Source: Eledone cirrhosa (Eukaryota). Taken from it: 64,000 nucleotides of DNA. Shown one piece after another: positions 41,190 to 52,892 of the stretch. The DNA is taken from NCBI GenBank assembly GCA_964016885.1, contig OZ024741.1, positions 145,514,001-145,578,000 on the forward strand, given 5' to 3'. A model generated the notes under the pieces. That model saw nothing but the letters and a program-made list of their open reading frames with translations, was not told where the DNA came from and did no database searches. The translations under genes and the position numbers were made by a program. Each line of letters opens with the position of its first letter. Positions within the stretch are counted from its first letter, which is position 1.

Positions 41190-41940
41190 AGAGGTGAACT
41201 AGCTTACAGATTTAGAAGGGCCCTAGATAAACTTAAACTAAATATTAAGATAGTGGAAAGACCAGGTACCTCCATAAAACACTTATTAGTAATACATACC
41301 CTTTTCAAAGAGCTCCCTGTATAGATAAGAAATGCATAATCTGTAAACTAAGCCCTATATTAACTGCAAACCTAGAAATATAGATTATAGCATAAGATGT
41401 ACTGAGGGACAATGTAAAGATAAGAATATAGTATACATAGGTGAGACAGCTCGTAGTATAGGAGAACGATTAAATGAACACTGGCGAGAGCTTCAAGATA
41501 GAAAAGAATCATCAGTACTCCACCAACATGCTAAAATAGAACATAAGGGCAAATTAGAGGACATAGAAATAAAAATAAAATCTACACACAGAAAAGACGC
41601 AATGTTTAGACAAATCACAAAGGCAATAAACATAAATGAACTCCAACCAAAATTAAATAGAAAACATGAATAGAATAGCAACATCACAACTTACAATTAA
41701 AGACAAAATGAAAACACACACACATAGAACAAACAACTAACTAGTAACATGTAAATAAACAAATAAATAAACAAATAAAAACACACACAGACACCCGGAT
41801 GTAACACATGCGCAAACTAAGCACACAACACACACAAAAATAAGATGGCGTAGGACAGAACAAAGGAGAGGGACAAAACAAAGAAAAGAATCCACAGTCA
41901 CTGAAGAGGTCACAGAATGTGTGACGAAAAACTTTGACAA
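41190..41940 (+). mobile_element. Penelope-like GIY-YIG 3' fragment with downstream hammerhead
   Basis: KIVERPGTSIKHLL...C....CIIC...NCKPRN..YSIRC....C...YIGETARSIGERLNEH...SSVLHQH...H; hammerhead-like motif at 41897-41938. Confidence 0.8.
41897..41938 (+). ncRNA. Minimal hammerhead motif with eroded stem III
   Basis: GUCA-CUGAAGA-G-GUCACA GAAUG UGUGAC-GAAA-AACUU-UGAC. Confidence 0.5.
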
Positions 41941-42446
41941 TATATGAAGAGCCGTCCAGTTGTGGAACCAACCAACCGGAAATTTATAAATTTCTTAAAT
42001 TTATAAATTTAATTTATAATAAATTGGAGTGAAAGCAACTAACTGGTGCGTGTGTTTCTTATTGGCAACGTGATCCTCCCAAAGTATAACAATATATATA
42101 TATATACTTACAGATACACACGAACCCATTCGGTATCAATGCGTTAAGGACATCTGTCAAATCAATTATATATATATATATAACAAAGACAGTGTGGTAA
42201 GGAACCAGGTGGACCATAACGCACCATGATACTCGATACTTGGGGTAGTAGAGTAGGTAATAGGAAAAGAGTCAGGACCCTCGACGGCTGAGCTTCGGCC
42301 GTTTCGATAGACAAAACAGTGCAATCAAATTTTTGCAGGATAATATCTTACCTTCTCCAATAAAAAATATTATGCATTTTGCGAAATCCAGAGACTTTCA
42401 ATAATGACCAGGAGTCAACTCTAAATATTACTAATAACTCTAGGTA

Positions 42447-42810
42447 AGTCATGAACGACACCACATCTTTTTAACTTTGATTTTGAAAGTAGGTTTATAA
42501 TTATCAATTTTCATTATATTTTTGTAGCTGTCTCGGTGGCCTAGTTGGATGAATCATAGACGGTAGTGATCCTGGTCTGAAGTTCGATTCTGGTCAGGAA
42601 TAGGGGTCCCGCTAAACCTTTTCAGTTTTTTTCTATTGGTTGTAAAATAAAAACTGAAAAAGGTTACATGCATCTATTGACCAGAATTGAACCCAAGACC
42701 AGGATTACCTACCGCAAGTCCACTAAGACAACTAGGAAAATCTTATGAAAATTCATATATATAAACCTATTTTCAAAACAAAATGATGAGGTGTCGTTCT
42801 TGTCTTGCTT
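42447..42810. repeat. Inverted twin tRNA-like cassette (copy 1 of 3)
   Basis: A box TGGCCTAGTTGG and B box GTTCGATTC facing an inverted diverged copy; other copies at 44225-44590 and 45270-45650. Confidence 0.6.
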
Positions 42811-42943
42811 AATGTTATTGTTCCTACTTAAGGTCGACTTCTATATCATTTGGGTGTTCCATAAACTACATCCTTGTTTTGTTTCTCATCTATCTAGACT
42901 ACATTTTAACCTGCAATCCATGTTCCACCTCATTTCTTCCCCT

Positions 42944-42981
<38 letters not shown>

Positions 42982-43091
42982 CCCCTCCCCCTCTCTTTCT
43001 TTCTGTGATTTTTGAATCTACTATGATTTCGCCTTACCTTATTCCTATATATATGTTTTTGTATGTCAGATTCAAAATTACAATGATTGGC

Positions 43092-43152
<61 letters not shown>

Positions 43153-43184
43153 GAGAATCAGTGGTGCGACGAATATGATTTATT

Positions 43185-43283
43185 AGACATATATGACAAT
43201 CGGTTCTCTGGCGACCAGCTCGAGGCACGATCGATGCAATGATCAAACCTGACTCCGAAATCACAAGATCCTCAGATATGTCT
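43185..43283 (-). ncRNA. Type-I hammerhead motif, second copy of the 40603-40699 family
   Basis: ACAUAU-CUGAGGA-UCU...AGA-GAACC-GAUU-GUC-AUAU; GAAA mutated to GAAC. Confidence 0.5.
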
Positions 43284-43585
43284 CGATTCTACGAACCAGA
43301 GTTTCCAAATATCCAGTTACACCCACAGCCTTCATTATAAAAATTAAATTATACCATTCTATATGTAGGTGGGCCCCCTTCATCTGGAAACCAATATCTT
43401 TAGACCTAGTCTGCCACTGTATATATATATATATACATTTTGAGTATATGTTGGTTGTATACCATCACCTCAGTATGCAGATTGGAGCACTCGACGAAGT
43501 GCGCAGGTTGGTTTGGTTACTCCGGAGTAATGTAAAATAAAATAAAATAAATAAGTCAAATGTTTAAAATTTGGCTTCGTTTATT

Positions 43586-43640
43586 ACTGCTATATATATT
43601 TCGGTGACAGCCATCTCTGGCTGTGACCTCTTCAGGCAGT
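43586..43640 (-). ncRNA. Intact minimal type-I hammerhead ribozyme (left arm)
   Basis: ACUGC-CUGAAGA-GGUCACAGCCA GAGA UGGCUGUCACC-GAAAU-AUAU-AUA-GCAGU. Confidence 0.8.
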
Positions 43641-43850
43641 CCAAATTAGTGTGGTAGAGACGAGTACACGTGTTGTTGAGGTGTATAACTTTGTCAATAC
43701 TCTGATATGCCCAGTTCCTGGTTGAGGAACTGGATATGATTCCAGTTCCTCAGTGAAATAACAACCCAACCAGGAACTGGGCATATCAGAGTATTGACAA
43801 AGTTATACACCTCAACAACATGTGTACTCGTCTCTACCACACTAATTCGG

Positions 43851-43905
43851 ACTGCCTGAAGAGGTCACAGCCAAAGATGGCTGTCACCGAAATATATATA
43901 GCAGT
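43851..43905 (+). ncRNA. Intact minimal type-I hammerhead ribozyme (right arm)
   Basis: ACUGC-CUGAAGA-GGUCACAGCCA AAGA UGGCUGUCACC-GAAAU-AUAU-AUA-GCAGU, with palindromic AUAU loop III. Confidence 0.82.
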
Positions 43906-44710
43906 AATAAACGAAGCCAAATTTTAAACATTTGACTTATTTATTTTATTTTATATATATATATATATATAATTAAATTTTTATAACGAATAAAAACATT
44001 TTCAAAAAATACATAAGTGGAAACAAAACTGCAATCAAATTTTTGCGGGAAAAAAATCTTACCTTTTCCAATAAAAAATATTATGCATTTTGCGAATTCT
44101 AGAGACTTTCAATAATGAGTCTTTCACACTCACTCAATATATATATCTATTGAGGTTAAAATATAGTCTAGATAGATGTGAAACAAAACGAGATTGTAGT
44201 CGACCTTAAGTAGGAGCAATAACATTAAGAAAGACCAGAACGACAGCACAGCACTTTGTTTTGAAAATTTTATAAGTAGGTTTATAAGTATGAACTTTCA
44301 CAAGACTTTCCTGGCTGTCTCTGTGGCCTAATGGTTGGTAGTAGAGATGGTGGAGATCTTGGTCAAGAGGTACATGTAACCTTTTTCAGTTTTTATTTTA
44401 CAACCAATAGAAAAAAAACTGAAAAGGGAACCCTACTCCCGACCAAACTTCAGACCAGGATCACCACCGTCTATGCTTCTACCAACTAGGCCGCCAAGAT
44501 AGCTACGAAGGCGTAATAAAAATTAATAATTATAAACCTACTTACAAAATCAAAGTTAAAAAGTTGTGGTGACATTCATGGCTTTCCTAGATCCATTACT
44601 CTTATTTCGGCTCGACTTGTCAATCTTCTGGCTTTTTGGTAACAACCTATTATTCCTATGTGTGTTTAACTGTTGGATTAATTTAATTTAATTATTTTAA
44701 CAAACAAATA

Positions 44711-44748
<38 letters not shown>

Positions 44749-44784
44749 GCACGCACACACACACACACATATATCTCTATCTAT

Positions 44785-44995
44785 CTATGGCGGGTAAAAT
44801 TCCCGAGATCCATGGACGAGTTCTCTCCAGTGGTCTCTGTCCCTCATTATCGCTGTCATGTCCTGCGTCTCCAACAGACCAGTGTCTGTCCTTAGGGCAT
44901 CAACATACGTTAACCTTGGTCTTCCTCTTCCAGTGTGTCCATGTAGGGGCTCCCACAGGAGCACTGAGTGCAGTGTCAACTCTGGATGTCGGTGA
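44785..44995 (-). mobile_element. RTE-clade LINE 3' fragment
   Basis: RHPEL...VLLWEPLHGHTGRGRPRLTYVDALRTDTGL...MRDRDHWR. Confidence 0.8.
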
Positions 44996-46111
44996 GAATG
45001 TATATATATATAATGCCAATCATTGTAAGTTTGTATCTGATATGCAAAAACCTGTATATATATATATGAATAAAGTAAGCTCAAATCATGGTAGATTAAA
45101 ATATCACAGAGAGAGAGAGAGGGGGGGGGGGAGAAGTCAGGTACATCAGAAATGAAACATGGGTTGCAGGTTAAAATATATTCTAGATAGATGAGAAACG
45201 AAACGAGGATATAGTTTATGGAACACCCAAATGATGTAGAAGTGGACCTTAAGTAGGAGCAATGACATTAAGAAATACATGAACGACACCGTATGATTTT
45301 GTTTTGAAAATTTTGAAAGTAGGTTTATAATTATGAATTTTCTGTAGATGTTAGTAGCTGTGTCAGTGTAGATGTTAGTAGCTGTCTCTAGCGGTAGGTA
45401 CTAGAGGTTGTGGAAATCCTGGTCTTGTGTTCAATCCTGGTGGAGAGGTACATATAATCATTTTCGGTTTTTATTTTACAGCTGATAGAATAAAACTCCC
45501 GACCAAGATCGAACTTCAGACCAGGATCACCACCTATACTTCCACCAACTAGGCTGCCGAGACGGCTACAAAAGTATAATGAAAATTAATAATTATAAAC
45601 CTACTTTCAAAATCAAAGTTAAAAAGTTGTGGTGTCGTTCATGACTTTCTTAGATCTATTACTCATATTTTGGGTCGACTTGTCAATCTTCTGGCTCTTT
45701 GGTAACCTTATTATTCTTATGTGTGTTTAACTGTTGGATTAATTTAATTTAATTATTTTAACAAACAAATAAAATTAAATGATAGCATTCTATATGTAGG
45801 TGGGCATCCTTCATCTGGCAACCATTATTTTTAGACCCAGTCCGCAACTGTATATATATATAGTGACAGTAAGTAGCCATTTAGCTACCTTTGGCCCTTT
45901 GCTAAAAAGCTGAGAGCTCCCTTTGATAAAGGGATATAGTTAATGGTCTGCACTTTTTGCACTGTGCGACCACTGAGAAAAGCAAGTCGCAAATGGACTT
46001 AATAGATCTGTCTATTTTGTGGAAACTATGTTCCAGGAAAACGTGAAATTACACTCATTACACATACCCTTTGGTAAGCACTCTGAGTACACGTTTACAC
46101 ATTTAATATGG

Positions 46112-46340
46112 TTAAGTCTTGTCACATTGAGTGAGTAATGAGAGTAACCGGACAGAGTGAATATTTCTTCCTATAACCCTGTTTGTAGAATGAAAAGATA
46201 TTGAAATTGGCAAAGTTTGCCCTTCGAAATCTTTAATATGTTGGCTAAGAGGGATATTTCTCGTGTGTAGGTCTCTGATTTGTTGTCGGTGAACTGTCAT
46301 TCTTTTGTCAGAGTGTGAGTCCGGTTTAGTCAAGTGTAAT
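46112..46340 (-). mobile_element. Penelope-like GIY-YIG remnant
   Basis: KRMTVHRQQIRD...IPLSQHI, homologous to 9445-9708. Confidence 0.6.
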
Positions 46341-46736
46341 ATGTATATATATATATATAACACTATTTATTCGCTATTTAACGTGCAATTATGACCCTAC
46401 CAAATTATATTCCAAGCTTTATTTTTTTTTGTGTGTAGATTATCTCCTTTCTACTAATATAATTTAGTCAATGAAATTTCTTAAGTCACTCAACATTTAT
46501 ATTTAATTATTGATATATTTAATTACTGTTGTATGCTTCCATGATTTTTAACGTTCTTTTAATATATTTTAAAAGTAATGTTTTCACAAATTCACTAATG
46601 AAGTGTTAATACACGTTTTGATGCACATTGCTATAACTCTTCTTTGTAATGCTATATTATAATTAGTGATATATCTATAGTTGCTGAACTTAAATTTATC
46701 ATTTATAAACATTAATAATTATTTTAGGCTTTCATA

Positions 46737-46930
46737 GGGCGGTGAATTGGCAGTATCGGTAGAGGGTTGGACGCCATGCTTTGACGCATAGAGTTACAGC
46801 CCTTTGCATTCTGAGTTCAAATCCCGCCGAGGTTAACTTTGCCTTTCATCCTTATGGGGTCGATAAAATAAAGTACCAGTAATGTACTGGGTAATTGCTG
46901 GCCTTGTGCCAAAAGGAGAAACAATTATTT
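46737..46930 (+). mobile_element. Full-length tRNA/Deu-like SINE with target-site duplication
   Basis: aattattttaggctttcat at 46717-46735 and 46923-46941. Confidence 0.9.
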
Positions 46931-47228
46931 TAGGCTTTCATGATCCATGTTTTCTGTAATATATTTTTAACCATCATTATTTACAACTTCATTTACGAAA
47001 TTAGAACATTTCCGCCATTGGTATATTAAAACATACAAGGTTAATTATTTGAATTTAATTTGATTCAAAGAATGAAGTTTCTTTCGTTTGTTGTTAATTT
47101 GAGAAAACAATCATAAGTTTATTTAATTTGTTAATGATAATACTTGCCGTAATATATATTGTACTAATGGCAACAAATTCAATATCTAATGTATTAGAGC
47201 TAGAAACAAAGAGGCTGCCTATATATAG

Positions 47229-47261
<33 letters not shown>

Positions 47262-47564
47262 AAGAGAGAGAGAGACTATAGTCTATTTCATGCCAGTAAG
47301 TTTTGAGTGAGTGTCAATGATGAAAAATTAACAAATCTTGAAACACCATTGTCTGACATTCTCAGAGCATACTGGAAACTCAGTGGTATATTCATAGAGA
47401 AGAATAGAGAAAAATATTTTCTCGTTTCGTTACAAAAAAATATTTTTATTCAGCAGCGAGGCTACCCATATGATTCTTGTATATAAACGTATTATATATG
47501 TTTTCATATACAAATCTATTATCCTTAAACGCTGTCTTAGTGCTACAGCCAGTTATATATTTAT

Positions 47565-47842
47565 ATCATCATCATCATTCTCATCGTTTAATGTCCATAT
47601 TCCATGGTACATTGAGTAGAACGGACTGTCCCTTTGTGAGAGATCTGATTTTCGATTATGCAGGGCTGAATTTGGCTTGGAATTCCTTCCTAACACCAAC
47701 CACATTTACAGTGTGTGCTGGGTGCTTTTTGTTGTGACATTTACATGATCACTTTGCAGTTTCGACTGCGCACTTTTTGCATGTCACCAACACGACCACT
47801 TTACAGTGTGGGCTGGGCGCTTTTTACTGTGTCACCATCACG
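47565..47842 (-). mobile_element. RTE-related short tail element, decayed
   Basis: (tca)n plus cttcctaacaccaaccacatttacagtgtg repeats. Confidence 0.6.
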
Positions 47843-48239
47843 GTAGAAAGAGGGAGAGTTCCTTGTTTTTCCAACATCACCTAGCCTTCCCACAGACTTT
47901 GCTGTTACACAAAACTCTCTCTCTCTCTCAATCTATCTCGATTTCTATTATTTACACACCCTCTCCACCTCAATTATTGTATCTTGTTACCTCTTTAAAT
48001 CTCCTATTCTATTGTAGAGGTCTATTTTTTAACATTCCCCTTTCCCCTCTGATGGCTTTTTATTCTCTTTCGGTCTTTATTCCATCCCTCTTTGTGTTTC
48101 CTATCTCTTCATCGGACTGCTTAGTTATTTCACTCTCTCCCATTCTGTTAATCCCTCACCAATCTATGTATATAGACAGTAAGACTGAAATAATCATAAA
48201 TGCCCACATACGAACACACACCTTCTTGAACATGTGCCA

Positions 48240-48350
48240 GTGCTTTCACATATCTACAACAACGTTAAATACCACACCAGGATATGTATATTTACATACC
48301 CCATGATTCGTGTGTGAAGACCACAGTGGACAACAATGTTCAAGGTGGGT

Positions 48351-48352
<2 letters not shown>
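48240..48352 (-). mobile_element. Small CR1-group LINE fragment
   Basis: HLEHCCPLWSSHT matches HLEYCCPLWSPHT of the element at 32819-34970. Confidence 0.6.
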
Positions 48353-48427
<75 letters not shown>

Positions 48428-48428
<1 letters not shown>

Positions 48429-49073
48429 CATCATCATCATCATCATCATCATCGTTTAACGTCCATCTTCCACGCTTGCATGGGTTTGGACGGGAGTTTT
48501 CCCACTTGAGGCAAGAGTGGTTGTCTTGCTCGCATAGGACTGTCTGGCGGGTTTTCTACAGCTGGATGCCCTTCCTAACACCAACCACATTTACAGTGTG
48601 GGACTGGGAGGTTTTTACCGTGTTGCCTACATGGCCACATTACAGCGTGGACTGTGTGTTTTTTTGTCGTGACACCTACATGATCTCATTTGTTTCGGCC
48701 TGGATTTTGTGGCACCAACATAACTTTACATTGAAAGGGGCGGTGTGGATGGGGTGGGGGTGGTGGGACGGGGGTGTATTTTGTTAGAGATGCCTACTGA
48801 CTGTAGTACGTTTTACTTTGTATTAAGGTAAGGCAGGTCTTCTCTATTACTGAGTACCGCCAAAGGTCTCGGTCCAGTGACATTGTCTTGGAGAGGTGTA
48901 AGTGTGTGAGGTCGGAGTTTATCAGGTCGTCCCAGGTTTTTCTGGGTCTGCCTACTCCGTGGCTACCGTCTATCTTTATTGCCCTGCACTTTTTTATACA
49001 GCTGTCGTCTTTCATGCGCATTACGTGACCATACCAACGTAGCCTTCTCTCGAGTAAACAACATCTGATCCCT
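48428..49073 (-). mobile_element. RTE LINE 3' end (same family as 13413-15415)
   Basis: GIRCCLLERRLRWYGHVMRMKDDSCIKKC...GRPRKTWDDL; 3' UTR and (TGA)n tail. Confidence 0.9.
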
Positions 49074-49089
49074 ATATATATACATACAC

Positions 49090-49139
<50 letters not shown>

Positions 49140-49754
49140 CCTACACACACAAGCACACTCTTTATACAAGACAAAGAAAGAAAATCTATGAAAGATTTCA
49201 TTGTTGGGAAATAAAAACTTAATATTGCATTGAAAGGTTAAATATCCAAATTCTTTTATTGCTTCTAGCAATTTCTACATCCTAGCAGGAGATATATCTT
49301 CATAATTGTTCTGGAAGTATCAAAACATTAGTTTCTGCTTACACTAGATAAATACTGAATGTGGTATTAGACTGTATATCATTTCTTGGGAATGAATGAT
49401 GTATGTGTATGAATCCATTAGATAATTTGGTTATGCACACTAATGTATTATATGTATGTATCTCTGCATGAATACATATGTGTATATATTTCAGCAAGTT
49501 TGTGTATTTAAATGCACATCTCTATACATATATACACACACACACATACATGAATATTTATACATACACCCCCACACATGAATATTAGGATCTGACCTAG
49601 TGATTGTACTATCAACAAAGGAAAAATTGTTCAATATTTATAATAGTGTAAACACATAAGTTAATCAATTTATTTTCTTACAACATATCTAGAATATTTC
49701 AACAAAGTGCGTATTCATTAAGCCTTTTCATATATATTTATATATATATATATA

Positions 49755-51047
49755 TCATCATCATCATCATCATCATTTTACGCCTGCTTTTCCCTGCTTG
49801 CAAGGGTGGGATGGGTCCTATTCAGCACGGCATCTCTCCACTTGTCACGATACTTCATCATCTCCACCGTGAGCTTCAGCGATCTGAGGTCTGCTCTCAC
49901 CACCTCCGCCCATGTTTTTCGCGGTCTTCCTCTACTAAATCTTCCTTCAACTGGCATTTCTTGGCACTTCTTCACCCATCGGTCATCCTCCATGCGCTTC
50001 ACATGTCCATACCATCGCAGTCTCCTCTCCTGCACACAACAATTTATCCCTCTCAGACACAGTTTCTCTCTCAACGCATTCACACACATTGACAGCCATT
50101 CACACACATTGACATTGCACATCCAACGGAGCATGCTTGCCTCATTTCTCTCCAGCCATCGCATATCCTCTGCAGTTGCTGCCCATATCTCACTACCATG
50201 CAGCATTGCGCATCTCTCACAGCCATCATATAACCAATCTTTCGTATGCAGGGAGAAACCCTTCTTTGTCAGCAGAGGAAGCAGCTCCTTAAACTTTTTC
50301 CAATCCGTCCTTATTCTAGATATATAGCCTCGGAACCCCCACCCCCCTCCTCCCATCCTCATCTGATCACCTAGGTACCGGAAGCTATCAACCACTTCTA
50401 TGGAACCCACCTGCCTTGGAAAAATGTGTCTATCACTGCGATTACTACTGCCAACTTTCCCTGTACATCTACTGCATACATAGTTTTCCCTACCTGTTAG
50501 TTTGCCTGCTATTCCAGTACATCTCTTGTGTACCCAAGATCTACATTGCGTACATTTTATGGAATTTATGCCAGTTCCTTTTCTACATATCGAACATCGT
50601 CATTTCCCTGGTGGAATCAGAGTATTGTCCTCTCTTATACTTATCAACACTTTTGTCTTAGCTATGTTCACTCTCAGTCCTCTTGATTGCAACTGCTGTT
50701 TCCATAGCCAGAATTTATTCTCTAGCTCCTCTACTGATTCTGCTGTAAGAACCATATCGTGTAGCATAGAGAAGTTCCCATGGGCATTCAGTTTTAAACT
50801 CCTCTGTTATGGCTTGGAGGACTATAATGAACAAGAGCAGGCTGAGGACTGAACCCTGATGTACACCTACTTGTATCTGGAATTCCTCACTAAACTCCAT
50901 TCCTACTCTAACTTTACTGACAGCACCTCTGTACATAGCTTGCACTGTCCTTACAAGCCATTCCTCTACACCTAGTTTCCTTAGGGACCACCAGATGACT
51001 TATCAGGGTACCCTATCAAAGGCCTTCTCTAGGTCAACAAAGCATAT
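49755..51047 (-). mobile_element. 5'-truncated RTE LINE
   Basis: FVDLEKAFDR, GVHQGSVLS, VVDSFRYLGD, LHGSEIW, RLRWYGHV, GRPRKTW; (TGA)n tail. Confidence 0.92.
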
Positions 51048-51340
51048 GTATGCATTAATAAATACATTATGAAACACACACACACCTGTACACACATATA
51101 CATACATGAGCAGGAAACTCCCTGGTGGGAAGTATTTCTGCTCACAATACATGCTGTAAATAGTTGGCATTATGAAAAGCATCCAGCCATAGAAATCAAG
51201 ATGAAACTGTTATATTGAGCAAGACATTGTCACTTGATGGCCTCAGTAGGTGACAATCAAACTAACTCATGCAAGCATGAAAAAAGGACCTTAAAATGGT
51301 TATAGTGCAGCTACTATTGATGATGTTACAAGTACTATCT

Positions 51341-51527
51341 TAATAATTGTTTCTACTGTTGGCACAAGGCCAGCAATTATTCCAGTGCATTACTGGTACT
51401 TTATTTTATCGACCCCATAAGGATGAAAGGCAAAGTTAACCTTGGCGGGATTTGAACTCAGATCATAAAGGGCCATAACTTTATGCTGCAAATCATGGTG
51501 TCTGATGCTCTAGCGATACAGCCATTT
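51341..51527 (-). mobile_element. tRNA/Deu-like SINE copy
   Basis: Reverse complement of the 8248-8449 family. Confidence 0.85.
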
Positions 51528-51637
51528 AGTAAATCCTTCCAAATTCTTCATTATTTAATATAGTATTTCAATACAGTAATTTTTATTAGAAATATTGTAA
51601 CAAAAAAGTTAACAACTTGTGTGCAGAGAAGACATTT

Positions 51638-51836
51638 GTAGAGCATCAGACTCCATGCTTTGCAGCATAGAGTGATGGCCCTTTAGGTTCTGAGTTAAAA
51701 TCCTGCTGAGAGCTTTACCTTTCATCCTTATGGGATTGATAAAATAATGCGCCAGGAATGCACTGGGGGCTATTTAATCGACTTTCCCCTCCCCTTCAAA
51801 TTGCTGGCCTTGTACCTAAAGTAGAAACAATCATTG
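51638..51836 (+). mobile_element. tRNA/Deu-like SINE copy (longer variant)
   Basis: ctttcatccttatgggattgataaaataa...gctggccttgtacctaaagtagaaacaat. Confidence 0.75.
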
Positions 51837-52892
51837 TTTTAGTATGTACATGTAATGTGAATGTATAATATTTGGTGGATGAAGGAAATTTGTGGACTGA
51901 GAATGAAATGCATCTCTCTCAGCAGAAAACAAAACACAAATTGAGAATATTTGGACACATAGATGCAATCATGCAAGATCAAAAATGAGAATGATATACT
52001 AAAATACTTACTTGTTAAACTTGTGCTAGCCAGGAAAACATTTGATATCAAATTGACATGATGATGATGATGATGATGACAGTGACATTGGTGACAATGA
52101 TGATGAAAACAATGATGGTGATGATGACAATGACAATGATGGCTATGGTGGCAACAAAAATGATAACTGAAATAACAGTAATGATGATATTTATTTCTAT
52201 GGAAGCTCAAAAGAAGTGAATATAGTTGTGGAAAGAACCAAAACTATTCATCTTTCCACACGTTCCTACAAACAGAAAGTTTCTAACTTTGGAAACACTG
52301 AATTGAGACTTATTCCTTAATCATACTTACTTCAAAATTATGCCTATAACAAATTGAAAATTCCATTATATTTTCAATGGTTTCAGCTTCAGTGGCACTT
52401 TCGACAAGCGTGCTCTACTATACCCTCATGTTAAGTAATGCTTTGTGAGTAAAATTTGGTTGATGGAAACTGCAGAAGCTATGGTATATAAATATAGACT
52501 GCATCTAAATTTATATACCATAATATAGCAGTTCGACAAAAAAAAAAGATCGATAAAATATGTACCAGACTTGAGAACTGTGGTCAAATTTAAAGCAATA
52601 CCCCAGCATGGCCATGGTAAAAAAAATGATACTAATAAAAGAATAAGCCATAATAGGCCAAAGAAAAGACCAGAAGACAAATATGAAGAATGTATATGAA
52701 GTTATTATTTATTTTATTTTATAATTTCTTATGAATTGAAAGCACTAATGGGATGAATGTTGTTTTTCAATGAATAAATAAACATGGAATATACAAACAA
52801 GATAATATAATATTCAGCTACAAATATTTCAATATTAATGTTTTTTAAAGTGGTTGAGAGAGGGAGAGCTAGATAGATAGATAGATAGATAG

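Larger units (their letters stand above)
40853..43419. mobile_element. TIR element (CAGTGGCGGACTGG...CTAGTCTGCCACTG) in (TA)n, carrying nested insertions
   Basis: Complementary termini at 40853 and about 43406-43419; a second copy of the right end at 45771-45850. Confidence 0.6.
43537..43954. repeat. Near-perfect fold-back, ~188-bp arms with 42-bp spacer
   Basis: 43537-43724 is the reverse complement of 43767-43954 with only a few mismatches. Confidence 0.95.

Noticed and set aside
42527-42600. Functional tRNA gene
   Set aside because: A and B boxes are present but there is no convincing cloverleaf; it is part of a repeated cassette.
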